Notes: a model not told the origin generated them from the letters alone. A stretch of 33,131 nucleotides of DNA from Octopus sinensis (GCF_006345805.1 NW_021832726.1:1-33131); one strand, 5' to 3'. Counted from the first letter of the stretch, positions 11,360 to 21,965 are shown. Translations and numbers: made by a program.

Positions 11360-11746
11360 CTAGTATTATAACCCGATTTCATTCGGGTCTACTCGGGCCA
11401 CATTTAACCGGACTGACTGTAACCACACTTTTGCAGTGAATTTGAAAAATTATAACATATAATGTTGAGACACATTTTATTTTGTCTCTGAATTATATGA
11501 TGATGTTTTGGTGTAGCCACTGAGGAGAACTCTGCCTAACAAAATACTTTAATTACTAATTAGAGTTTGAAACCTAGGTATGGCTGTAAAAAGCAAGGTA
11601 AAAGTTTTTATATTTCATTCCCTTCGAAATTGCTCTTAAATGTGGTTTTGGTTGTTTTGACTGCGCCTTCTAGCATGTAAGGCTGCCTGTTAAGGGTCGT
11701 GTTTGTTGTGTTTAAATGTACACTAATTTATATATAGATAGATAGA
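11360..11746 (-). mobile_element. Non-autonomous Helitron (387 bp)
   Basis: Minus strand begins TC(TATC..) at 11746, ends CTAG at 11360, inserted in an A|T site; subterminal hairpin acccga-N6-tcgggt (11371-11388). Confidence 0.8.
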
Positions 11747-11910
11747 TATATGCGTACACATCTAATTATATATACATATACATACATACATATTAATAAT
11801 TATATATATATATAATTGTTAATATTAGAGAAGTTCTTTCCGAGTCCACAGGGGAGAGAAATTCAATTTAGTGGTTCTAAAATGAATTTCTCGCTGTATT
11901 ATATACATAC

Positions 11911-12568
11911 ATATAAATAGGTTTAGGAGACAGAACCACCTTCAAGCAACTCAAAGAACATTGAACAACATTATCTATGATAGAGATATGTAAGATTAAC
12001 ATTTATCAAAATTAATATCTACAATTACCTTTCTGAATCATATATTAAATTATATAGACAACGCACATTTCATAACAATATATTTATCGGTATTGCTGAA
12101 ATAGAAGGTCTTGAAATTCAATACCATATCAATCCGACTATACTGCCAATCTTCAGGTCTAGATTATATACAACTATTTTGCTATTAACATCATATATAA
12201 AGACATGACAATCAAAACTATACAACTAGAAATCGTCAAAATAATTTTTCATCCTTAAATAAAGAACAAAAATGAGGAATAAAAAATAATAATAATAAAA
12301 ATTTTTTAAATAAGAAAACGAAATAGAAATATTAACTTATCTTTTTGAAATTTCCCTCTTCGCGAATCAATCATGGCTTCCAACGAAGCTCCGGTGTAGG
12401 GGGAGATAATTCTTATTAACATTTGTCTATATATTCCATTTAATAGAATAGTAACTGTAGATATTAATTTTGATAAAATTTAATCTTATATATCTCTATC
12501 ATAGATAATGTCATTCAATGTCATTTGAGCTGCTTGAAGGTGATTCTGTCTCTTAAACCTATTTATAT
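11911..12568. mobile_element. MITE/foldback element with ~118-bp terminal inverted repeats
   Basis: 11911-12028 is the reverse complement of 12451-12568 with only scattered mismatches (by eye roughly 90% identity); TA-rich flanks; no ORF inside. Confidence 0.85.
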
Positions 12569-12579
12569 ATATGTATATC

Positions 12580-12812
12580 CGAGCATGATTGTTGCCAGAA
12601 CATCTAGCTGGTGTTTGTGCCAGTGACACATAAAAGCACCCACTACACTCTTGGAGTGGTTGGCATTAGGAAGGGCACCCAGCTGTAGAAACTCTGCCAA
12701 ATCAAGATTGGAGCCTAGTGCAGCCATCTGGTTTGCTAGTCCTCAGTCAAATCGTCCAACCCATGCTAGCATGGAAAGCGGACGTTAAAAGACAAAGATG
12801 ATGATGATGATG
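12580..12812 (+). mobile_element. RTE 3'UTR fragment or RTE-dependent SINE tail
   Basis: Colinear with the LINE 3'UTR at 10135-10320 (aaaagcaccc...aggaagggca.ccag...cccatgctagcatgga...gttaaa) and ends in (GAT)n. Confidence 0.8.
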
Positions 12813-12878
<66 letters not shown>

Positions 12879-12883
<5 letters not shown>

Positions 12884-13722
12884 GTGTGGTGAATAAACTG
12901 TTATCTAAATTACACAAAAATGAAAATAACACTGACATCTCATTTAGCAGATATATTTACCAAAATGGCATTAAAATATTTTGAAATACTAAAGAGTAAA
13001 ATTATTCAATAAAATCGCCGTTGGCTTCAACCACAGCCACCAGATGACTTTGGAATCTCCTTCAACTCTTTTGGATAGTCTGCTTGTTTAAGTTGGTGAA
13101 TGCTGCCATAATCCTTGCCTTCGGTTCATCTTTAGTGTAAGAAAGAGTTTTGTTGATCTCTCGCTCAACTGCCCACCACACATAATAATCAAGGGGTCTG
13201 CAGTCTGGAAAGTTAGGTGGCCAGATGTTAGTGGGTGATGTGGTTGCAGATATTGTTTGACAGCCATGACTGAGTTCTCCTGCTTTTGTGACATTGTACA
13301 GAGTTCTATTACCAGACATAGGGTTTTCAGCATCCACACCCTTCACCTAGGCCAATACTACCTCCTCCAGGCACTTGGCATAACCTCACCATCACGAGTG
13401 ATTACTCCAAACACCATCACATTGACTGAATACTTGATTTTTATCACTCTTAGTACATGTCCTCGGATTTCTCTGTCCTTAGATTGACACCCAAACTCTC
13501 TGGAATGCTTGTATTGGAGTTTCTGGTGTCAATGCCAAGCAGTACAGCATGTCATTTCCAAATTTCAGGCAGAGTAAATTGCATCATAGTGCTGTTTTTC
13601 TCACAGACAGTGCCCAACTGAACCTGTTATAATGTGTAGTTGACAAAATCAAAAACAAATAATGCACATGCAAAAAATTAAGAATATAAAATGGCAACAA
13701 TTTACCCATCACCCTTTGTATA
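12879..13722 (-). mobile_element. Internally deleted Tc1/mariner element of DD37D (maT-like) type
   Basis: Transposase remnants (see pseudogene) and imperfect terminal inverted repeats 'gggtgtggtgaataaactgtt' vs reverse complement 'gggtgatgggtaaattgtt', TA-flanked. Confidence 0.8.
13002..13587 (-). pseudogene. DD37D transposase remnant with two internal deletions
   Basis: N-terminus MMQFTLPEIWK*HAVLLGI...LGVNLRT joined to VNVMVFGVITRDGEVMP, then KCLEEVVL...PYVW..NSVQCHKSRRTQSWLS...NIWPPNFPDCRPLDYYVW...VVEANGDFIE*; WPPxSPDxxPLDY motif with 37-residue D-D spacing in the reconstruction. Confidence 0.82.
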
Positions 13723-13766
13723 TGTGTGTGCATGTGTGTGTGTGTACGTGCACACGTGTATATATG

Positions 13767-13798
<32 letters not shown>

Positions 13799-13815
13799 TA
13801 TTTATATATATATAT

Positions 13816-13852
<37 letters not shown>

Positions 13853-14019
13853 GATATAGAAATATATATATATACTTATTAAATTCCCTCTTAAACTGAA
13901 ATGTCTTAGACTTACTTCTGTACTATTTCTATCTCCATCTTTTATATATAAAAATTGGATTTCTATAGATCTCTAATCTTTTTTCACCTATATATATATA
14001 TCTATATTATGGCTGCTCT

Positions 14020-14083
14020 TAGAGTGACCAATGGTTTCCCCTCTATAAAGTGCTTAGCCTTATAGGTGGCTCATCAGACTCTA
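14020..14083 (-). ncRNA. Minimal type I hammerhead ribozyme (near-intact)
   Basis: Minus strand: UAGAGU-CUGAUGA-GCCACCUAUAAGGCUAAGCACUUUAUAGAGGG-GAAA-CCAUUGG-UC-ACUCUA; perfect 6-bp stem I, exact CUGAUGA and GAAA boxes, short stem III, GUC cleavage triplet; G10.1:G11.1 mismatch at the base of stem II. Confidence 0.8.
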
Positions 14084-14115
14084 TACACTTATGCATATAC
14101 ATATATGTATGTTTG

Positions 14116-14149
<34 letters not shown>

Positions 14150-14469
14150 TGTATGTATGTATGCATATGTATACACAGACACAGGTTATGTGCAAGAATT
14201 GCCTCACTCCATTGAGTGAAACAAGTAAAAGAATAAAGGAATAAAATATATTAATATATATATATATGTATATATCGAAAGAATGAGAGGAGAGAAAAGG
14301 AATGTAAGACAAATAGGTACGTCACATTCGTAGGTGTGTGTAAGTATAGCCCTTTGTGTGTACGTACATGAGTAAATGTGTGTGCAGATGAGTACTTTAT
14401 ATGTCTATGTAGTTTGTTTACATTTGTGCTCTTTCTAAAATGTACGGTGTTTCAATTGTCACTCCTCTT

Positions 14470-14575
14470 GGCAAACTGGTAAAGATCTGGGACAGGTAGA
14501 GCATCCAGTTTTAAAACAATCCTACAATAATATATCCACCTAACCCATGCTAGCATGGAAAAACAAAAGTGAAGC
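14470..14575 (+). mobile_element. Degenerate RTE-type SINE/LINE 3' tail
   Basis: 'gacaggtagagcatccag...aacccatgctagcatggaaaa' homologous to 12660-12790. Confidence 0.55.
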
Positions 14576-14924
14576 ATAAACAAACAAACAATATATTTGT
14601 AGTTGTTTTACTAGTCTATCAACTCACTATATAATGAGGGTTGGGTTTGAGTTTTATTACCATCTGTTTCTGAGGTCAGTTGCTACTAACTGTCTGGTAA
14701 TGCCGTACTTATGCACTGATAAGTTTAGTCATTCATATACTCAACCACACATACTTCTATTTGGTCCTACAGTTACTTCCACACACACACCACACACATA
14801 CACATACCTGTGCTAAAAACATACATATGTTCAAACACTCACACATTATGCACCCACATTATGTACACATACATACATTTATACATAAACATATATACAT
14901 ACATACATGTATATACGTGTATAT

Positions 14925-15135
14925 ATATAATAATAATGATGATGATGATGACGGTAATAATAATAGTAATAATAATGATAATAATAATGATAATAATAAT
15001 GATGATGATAATAACAATAAAAATAAAAATGATAATAATAATAATAATAATAATGATAATAACAATAAAAATAATAATAATAATGACAATAATAATAATA
15101 ATAATAATATAATAATAATAATAATAATAATAATG
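14925..15135. repeat. (AAT)n/(GAT)n trinucleotide tract
   Basis: Directly visible. Confidence 0.95.
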
Positions 15136-15189
15136 ATGGATTCTCCTGTCATTAGACAATGTATGAGGATTTGACTATTTCTTACTGAA

Positions 15190-15438
15190 CAATCCCACAC
15201 AGATGATTTGTTTATAGTGATCAAATGTTTGTGTAGACACAAGCTTGCTCCCTCCATCAAATCGACATTACCTGTACAGATGCAACTGGGTACCATATGT
15301 CAGATGTCGAAATGATTACAGAGCAACGTGAAATGAAGTGCTTTGCTCAAGAACACAATGCAATGCCCTGTCTGGGAATCAAACTCACAATCTCGATATC
15401 ATGAGCACAACACCCTAACCACTAAGCCATGCGCCTTG
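15190..15438 (-). mobile_element. tRNA-derived SINE, family C head with a different body
   Basis: 'ccctaaccactaagccatgcgcct' and 'aagtgctttgctcaagaacacaa' shared with 21641-21965; distal body differs. Confidence 0.7.
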
Positions 15439-16104
15439 ATGTGTGTGTGTGTGTGTGCGTGTGTGTGTGTGCGTGTGTGTGTGTGTGTGTTGTTAGATAA
15501 TTTGTTATACTGCATTATTACATTATGTTGCACTTTTTGCATTACATACATAATCTGATATTGTGAAATTACTATTGTCATCATCTCGGTTTTACATTAT
15601 TGTTATTTGGATTGTAGTGACAGTAGTTGTGGTGATTACATATATCTAGTGTGCATGGGATGTTGTTGATTGTTTAGTTCTTTCTGTTGTGAGTGTTAGC
15701 TTGTTTCATGTCTGCATCTGGTATGTACACTACCTCAGTAACCTGTCTTAGTATAGGAACTTATATTTATTTTGACATTTATTTATGAATTCATCTTCTC
15801 TATTTATTCCATAGCTGTAGAATTTAGATGCTGATTTTGATCCAACCTCCTACACTATGGTCTATTTCTCCAATATAATATTTGGTGGTGTCCAAACACT
15901 GTCCCCTCATGCACTTTCTGTAAAATTATGAACATTCTGCTGATTTTTATGATGAACAATTTAGTTGCTTGATCAACTAAACTACTTATTTATTAAATAA
16001 ATGTACAAGTAGCTGAATCTTCGAAACATAAATACATCTTTCATTCATCAAGCCCTTCACTCGCCTACACAATATATATAAATATATATATATATATTAA
16101 AAAA

Positions 16105-16408
16105 ACACTGGCACTGCATCAGTTATGATGAGGGTTCCAGCCGGCTTGTGAAATTAACATGCAAGTAGCTCAGCTCTCCACAGACATGTGCACCCTTAAT
16201 GTAGTTCTTAGGGAGATTCAGCGTGAAACAGAATGTGATAAAGCTGGCTCTTTGAAATACAGGTACTACTCATTTTTGCCAGCTGAGTGGACTGGAGCAA
16301 TGGGAAATAAAGTGTCTTGCTCAAGGATACAATGTGTTACTGGGAATTGAACTCATCACCTTATTATCATGAACTGAATACCTTAACCACTAAATCATGT
16401 ACCTTCAC
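16105..16408 (-). mobile_element. tRNA-derived SINE, family C
   Basis: Colinear with 21641-21965 over its length (gaaattaacatgcaagt...gggagattcag...ctttgaaatacaggtact...gctcaagga.acaa...ggaattgaactcat...aaccactaa). Confidence 0.85.
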
Positions 16409-16441
<33 letters not shown>

Positions 16442-16544
16442 ACATGTATAGCCTTTACCCTTTTTACACACACACATATATATATATATAAATATATATA
16501 CATATAAATATATATGTATATATTCCACATCACACGACTAAACT

Positions 16545-16865
16545 AGTGCAGTCTCCCCTCTTGCACACTGCATCTAATTTCTCTTATACCCTAATTCTCT
16601 CTAAATACACCAATGCTCTGTTGCACATGCATGCTGTTGCACGTCCACCTCTAGTGGACCGTAGCATCCTTCACATTCAGGGCCCTCATCCCACCATCAT
16701 GCAGCATCGTAGTTTGTACACATTCATCATACAAGTATTGTGTGAAAAGGAAAGTGAGAGTAGAAAGGCAAGTTTTGCCTAGCGAATGCTTCAACAAAAG
16801 ATGGGTGAATGTAGTAAAGAGAGAAACATTTGGCTGCCAGTAGAAGCAAAATTTCTCTAAACTTT
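16545..16865 (-). mobile_element. Degenerate RTE LINE fragment
   Basis: Minus-strand GWRKFREILLLLAAKCFSL, VQTTMLHDG and GIREIRCSVQEGRLH pieces match the RTE translation at 10700-11100. Confidence 0.6.
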
Positions 16866-18042
16866 CTCCATCCTATATATATGTGTGTATGTGTATGTGT
16901 GTGTGTGTGTGTATATATGTATATATATATATATACACACACACATACACACACATACATACATCTATACATACATTCACAAATTCATATATTCCCCTAT
17001 GAACATATACACATGGATACACACTCATAATAACAGATACATATGTACACACAAATACTCACATACATACATACATACATACATAGTACATACATACATA
17101 CATACTTACATATACACACTTGCATACACAGAAAATCACAATTCATTGATCAATCCAGACAGTTATCGAAATCTGCAAAAATTATATTAATTATTTGCCA
17201 GCAAACAGGGGAACAAGACAGAAACGAATTACTTGCAGAACAAATAAGAAAAACCTGTAATTTGCATTTTCAACTATCCTTTAAAAAACACGGAGATGAG
17301 AAGAAACAAATCAGCTCTTTTCACAATGATTCTATATTGTCTAATGTACAGCTTTGAACTGTCTGAGAGTGCAGGTTTGATAACTAGAACTCTGAATGTG
17401 AGTAATTTTTCTTTTTACTTTCTTTTTTTGCGAGTACAGAAATGAAAGGAAATGAATGTCAATGCAAACCTCTAAAATTACATTGGCGTGTGCGAGTGCT
17501 TACATAAACAAATGAATATACATATAAAGAGTTGTGTGCACATGCATTCACACAGAGAGAAAAAACAAAATAACACACTTGTGTTGAATAACCCACAGAG
17601 AACAGAAAATAACTAGTTAAGATGTAGAGACAAGACTATAAAACATAAGGCAAGTTCATAAGGTAATTTACGATTTTATTATCTGGTCTTCTCTCTTGCG
17701 ACATATTTTTTCAGCTTGCTTGGAGTGTCGGAAAGTAACAAGTCAAAAATTCCAGTCAACATTAGTAAAAGAATCATTGCTGCTTAACACCAATTCTTTC
17801 CCCACCCACCAGTTTTCTGCAGCTCCTTGTTACTATCATAGAATTCTTAGAACATCAGATAAATATCTTGTGGTATTTAGTAATAGCCTTCTATGTTCTA
17901 AGTTCAAATCCTTTTGAGGCTAGTTTTTGCCTCTTATCATTCCAAGTTTGATAAAACAAAGTAAACATCAAGTATTACAGAATTCAGCTATTCTTTGTTC
18001 CAAAATTTCTGGCTTTACACCTATATATGAGACAAATTTTTA

Positions 18043-18150
18043 TCATTATTATTATCATCATCATCATCATCATCATCATCAACATCATCATCATCATCAT
18101 CATCATTATTATTATTATTATTATCATCATCATCATCAACATCATCATTA
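18043..18150. repeat. (CAT)n/(TAT)n tract, probable 3' tail of the adjacent R4-like element
   Basis: Directly visible; abuts the 3' end of the minus-strand element. Confidence 0.85.
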
Positions 18151-18685
18151 TTATACAGTTGTTCAAAATTTGGTAGTTTCAGGCAAATTTCTACTACATT
18201 GCCTGCTACACCTTTGTGTTGCTGAGGTGTGAGCAGGATTTTGTGTTCTTTTTGTGTTGTTGGGAGTGTGCACTCTTTTATTTATGAGGTGTGATGCAGT
18301 CTTTTGTTATATTAGTGTTTATATTGTGTCCTGTGTGTGTAATGCATTGGATAAAAGGCCTGCTGGTGGTAGTTTATTTTATTGGATTTCTGTTATATAG
18401 AGTGTCTTGTGTTTGTGGATTGTTTTGTTTGGGTTGTATTATTGAATTGATAGTGTCTTGCATAGGATGTGGGCTGTTCCAAGCAAGGCTATTTTTTGGA
18501 TATTGTGTAGTGTCAAGAATCCAGGTATATTCTCTATGTTTTGTTCATATGTTTTTTATCATACCCAATGCTCCAATTATTACTTGTACTGTTTTCACCT
18601 TCAGGCCCCACATCTTCAATATTTCAATTTTAAGGTCTTTGTACTTTGACAATTTCTCCACCTCTTTTTAGACTATATTTTGGTC
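18150..18685 (-). mobile_element. 3' fragment of an R4/Rex6/Dong-like non-LTR retrotransposon (restriction-like endonuclease C-terminus plus 3'UTR)
   Basis: Minus strand 18670-18439: KEVEKLSKYKDLKIEILKMWGLKVKTVQVIIGALGMI / ENIPGFLTLHNIQKIALLGTAHILCKTLSIQ*, matching the EKxxKYxDLxxEIxxMW...VIIGALG...ALLGTAxIL pattern of R4-clade RLE domains; one frameshift. Confidence 0.8.
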
Positions 18686-18686
<1 letters not shown>

Positions 18687-18726
<40 letters not shown>

Positions 18727-18790
18727 TATTATTATTATTATTATTATTATCGTTATTATTAATATTATTATTAATATTATTATTATTGTT
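18687..18790. repeat. Palindromic (TAA)n-(TTA)n tract
   Basis: About 13 TAA units followed directly by TTA/ATT units. Confidence 0.95.
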
Positions 18791-18929
18791 ATTTTGTTGG
18801 AGCTCCTGGAGTTTTACATGCATAGGGGGCTTACTCCCTGCAGCCTACAGTACCATGCTTTTCATTTTTTTCAGCTATCTAAAACCTGATTATTCTGGCC
18901 GTGCCAAGGAGGCAAAACTTTTGTATCCT

Positions 18930-18958
18930 CCTTCTCCTCCTCCTCCTCCTCCTCCTCC

Positions 18959-18992
<34 letters not shown>

Positions 18993-19050
18993 AATCATCA
19001 TCTTCATCATCATCATCATCATTATTATTATTGTTGTTGTTGTTATTACT
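18930..19050. repeat. (CCT)n(CAT)n(TAT)n(TGT)n compound repeat
   Basis: Directly visible. Confidence 0.95.
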
Positions 19051-19052
19051 GA

Positions 19053-19245
19053 AAGTGATGAGCTGGTAGAATCATTACTGCACTATGCAAAATGCTTAAG
19101 CGCATTTGGTCAGTTTTTTCATTTTGACTTCAAATTCTGTTGAAGCTAACTCCGCTATTCTTTCTTTCAAGGGTCGATAAGTTAAGTATCATTTGAGCCC
19201 TGGGGTCGATGTAATTAGCTTACCCCTCCACTATAATTACCTGTC
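19053..19245 (+). mobile_element. SINE family B, degenerate copy
   Basis: 'gtgatgagctggtagaatc...aaaatgcttaagc...ttcaaattc...gggtcgataagttaagtatc...ccctggggtcgatgtaatt'. Confidence 0.7.
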
Positions 19246-19249
19246 AATC

Positions 19250-20545
19250 CAAACCCCACAGACACAGAGGAACTCAACAAAATAATTTTGGAAATGGAGG
19301 AAAACAATTCTACAAATGACACTAAATCTAGGATTTTTTTGTCAGAACAAAAATTATATTCGTATTTCATAGCCTTTGAAAAATACACAAAAGTTTTGAA
19401 AATTTTCCTCCATTGCACCCAATTTGCAGCAGGCATAAATGTAACACAACCAAAATTTTTGTAGTGACTAGATGGTTTTCTACTCCTTGTAGTAAACAAA
19501 TCAACCTATATACAGGATACTCTTGATTCTTTATACAAAATTAGGAATATTTCTAAGCACCGAAGCAGTATCAAAAACTGTTTTTCAGTAACCATGGATG
19601 TTTCCTCACTGTACTCCAGCATTGACTACAATGAGTGGTGGAAGCATGCATGATTGCTTTTGAAAAATGGTCAAACAAAAGTATTGCAACTAATTTTCTC
19701 TGTAGATTATCGAAGTTTGTGTTACAAAGTAACAGAACAAAGTCTAGACAATAATTTAATAATTTCACCACTAAATGAGGAGATGTCCCATAGGTGCCTC
19801 CATGGCAGTTAATTTCATTCATCAACATCTTCATGACAAAATTTGAGACAAGTTAATGGACATTCAAATCCTTGCATAGTCAGGAACCAATAGTCTGGTT
19901 ACAGTTCATTGATGATTTCTTTCTTGTCTGGGAAAGATCACAAGATAGTTTAGTTACCGTTTTTGCATTTCTGTGACTGTTTCACAAAAAGAAAAAATTA
20001 TGGCTTTCGGTCCAGTATAAAATTCTCGTCAAGTTTTTCAAAAGTAGCATTGTCGAATTTTTGGATATAAGAGTTAAGTTTTCAGAAGGTTGAAGAATGA
20101 CAGCTATTTTGCAAACTCATGTCATTCCGCATCCACCTTCACTGCCACTCCAGTCATCCATATCATACAATTAAGTCAAACCCAAGATCCAAGTTTTTGA
20201 GATTAAAATGGATTTCTTCTGAAACAGGGGATTACTGAAAACATGCTAACACTTTTGTGTGCCATTATGTCAAATGTGTTTACAGTGAATCGCAATGTAA
20301 AGAAATTGAAAATGACATCGCTAAGATTAGCAATGGAAGTCAAGCTTTCATGCATAATTTTAGCAGCCAAAGTAAAATTTGTGACCAAGTATCTTTTAGT
20401 GATTAATTGGCACTAAACCTTTATGGACATTTCAAAAGTGTTGCATGTAACTTAGCAGCATATTTCAAAAACATATTTTCATTTCCGAAGAACATTCCTC
20501 CATCCATTTATTATAGCCTTTAGATGTAAAAGAAAATATATGAGA
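19250..20545 (+). pseudogene. Penelope-like element reverse transcriptase remnant
   Basis: Ordered motifs on + strand: KIHK/PPLHPIC, TMDVSSLYSSID (19591-), NIFMTKFET, PIVWLQFIDDFFLVW (DD at 19911-19916), EFLD (20058-20066), HCHSSHPYHTIKSNPRSKFLRLK; multiple frameshifts and stops; no GIY-YIG domain seen. Confidence 0.85.
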
Positions 20546-20560
20546 ACTAGCAACTACTAT

Positions 20561-20769
20561 TTCTCTTTTACTCTTTTACTTGTTTCAGTCATTTGACTGC
20601 AGCCATGCTGGAGCGCTGCCTTTATAGTCGAGCAAATCAACCCCTTATTCTTTGTAAGCCTAGTACTATCAGTCACGTTTTGGGACATAAACACACCACC
20701 ATCAGTTCTCAAGCAATGTTGTGGGGGACAAACACAAACACACACATAAACACATATATCCATATATGT

Positions 20770-20806
<37 letters not shown>

Positions 20807-20965
20807 CGATGGGCTTCTTCCAGTTTCCGTCTAACAAATCCACTCACAAGTCTTTGGTTGGCTCGAGGTTGTAGTATTGTAGTAGAAGACACTTGCCCAA
20901 GGTGACATGCAGTGGGAATGAACCTGGAACCATGTGGTTGGTAAGCAAGCTACTTACCACACGGT
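20561..20965 (-). mobile_element. SINE family A, full-length, internal (TA)n
   Basis: Reverse complement colinear with 22953-23385; CORE-like block 'caccttgggcaagtgtcttctac'; (TAAAAGA)n tail. Confidence 0.9.
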
Positions 20966-21640
20966 CTCTCCATTACAACATAACTATGAAATTTCCAGAC
21001 AAAGTATATGCTCAAAGATATACCATATTATAATATGTATAAGGAACCCTTTTTTGTCAAAAATTAGTTTTAAAAAATATGGGAGTTTCTTATACATGGC
21101 TAGTATCATAAACCCTTACAAAACCTTTTCCAAATTTTAAGTCCAAAAAGTTAAGAGGTTCTTTATACACGAAGGTTCTTTATAAATGTTAAAATATGGT
21201 AAATACACTCAATATGTTGATATAATGTAAATGTATGTACGTGTATGTGTGAGTGTATATGTGTATGTATGTGCGTGTGTGCATGAGTGTATGCATACAC
21301 CTATGTGTGTATATGTAACAGCATGTAATTGTGATTATATCTGTATGTGTGTATTTATGTCTTTGAGTATACACTACGAGCATGTGCATGTGTGTATGTG
21401 TGTGTATATACATGTATTTGTATGTGTGCATGTTTTATGTGCAAATGTGACTGTGTGTTTGTCATTGTATATGAGTATGTGTGTGTGTATGCATATACAT
21501 GTAGATGCATGTATGTGGAACTCTATATATGTTTATGTGTGTATGTGTTTTGTATACACATGTGCATTTGTGTTTTCCCTCTCTTTCTCTCTTTGCTTAT
21601 ATAAATGCATGTGTGTGTGTGTGTGTGTTGTGGAGAATAA

Positions 21641-21965
21641 AGAACTGGCCTCCGTTGGTTACAATGATGAGATTTTCACTTGATCTGATCAAGAGAACAT
21701 CTTGCTCATGAAATTAACATGCAAGTGGTTGAGTATTCCATAGACATGCGTACCCTTACTGTAGTTCTCAGGGAGATTCAGTGTGATACAGAATGTGACA
21801 AGGCTGGCCCTTTGAAATACAGGTACTTATTTTTGTCAGCTGAATGGACAGATGCAATGTCAAATAAAGTGCTTTGCTCAAGGACACAACACGTTGCCAG
21901 GAATTGAACTCATGACCTTATGATTGTGAGATGAGTACCCTAACCACTAAGCCATGCAACTTCAC
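21641..21965 (-). mobile_element. tRNA-derived SINE, family C
   Basis: Colinear with 16105-16408. Confidence 0.85.

Noticed and set aside
17352-17397. 46-bp candidate micro-exon (FELSESAGLITRTLN) with tacag| and |gtgagt
   Set aside because: Good donor but too short to distinguish from chance, and not phase-joinable to the 33001 exon.
17043-17917. Non-repetitive ORF tails (17043-17357, 17696-17917)
   Set aside because: No recognisable motifs or convincing splice context; could be eroded TE coding sequence but cannot be supported.
21036-21186. 14-bp imperfect inverted repeat tgtataaggaaccc / aggttctttataca
   Set aside because: Possibly a decayed Tc1/pogo-type MITE, but the termini and TSD are not definable.
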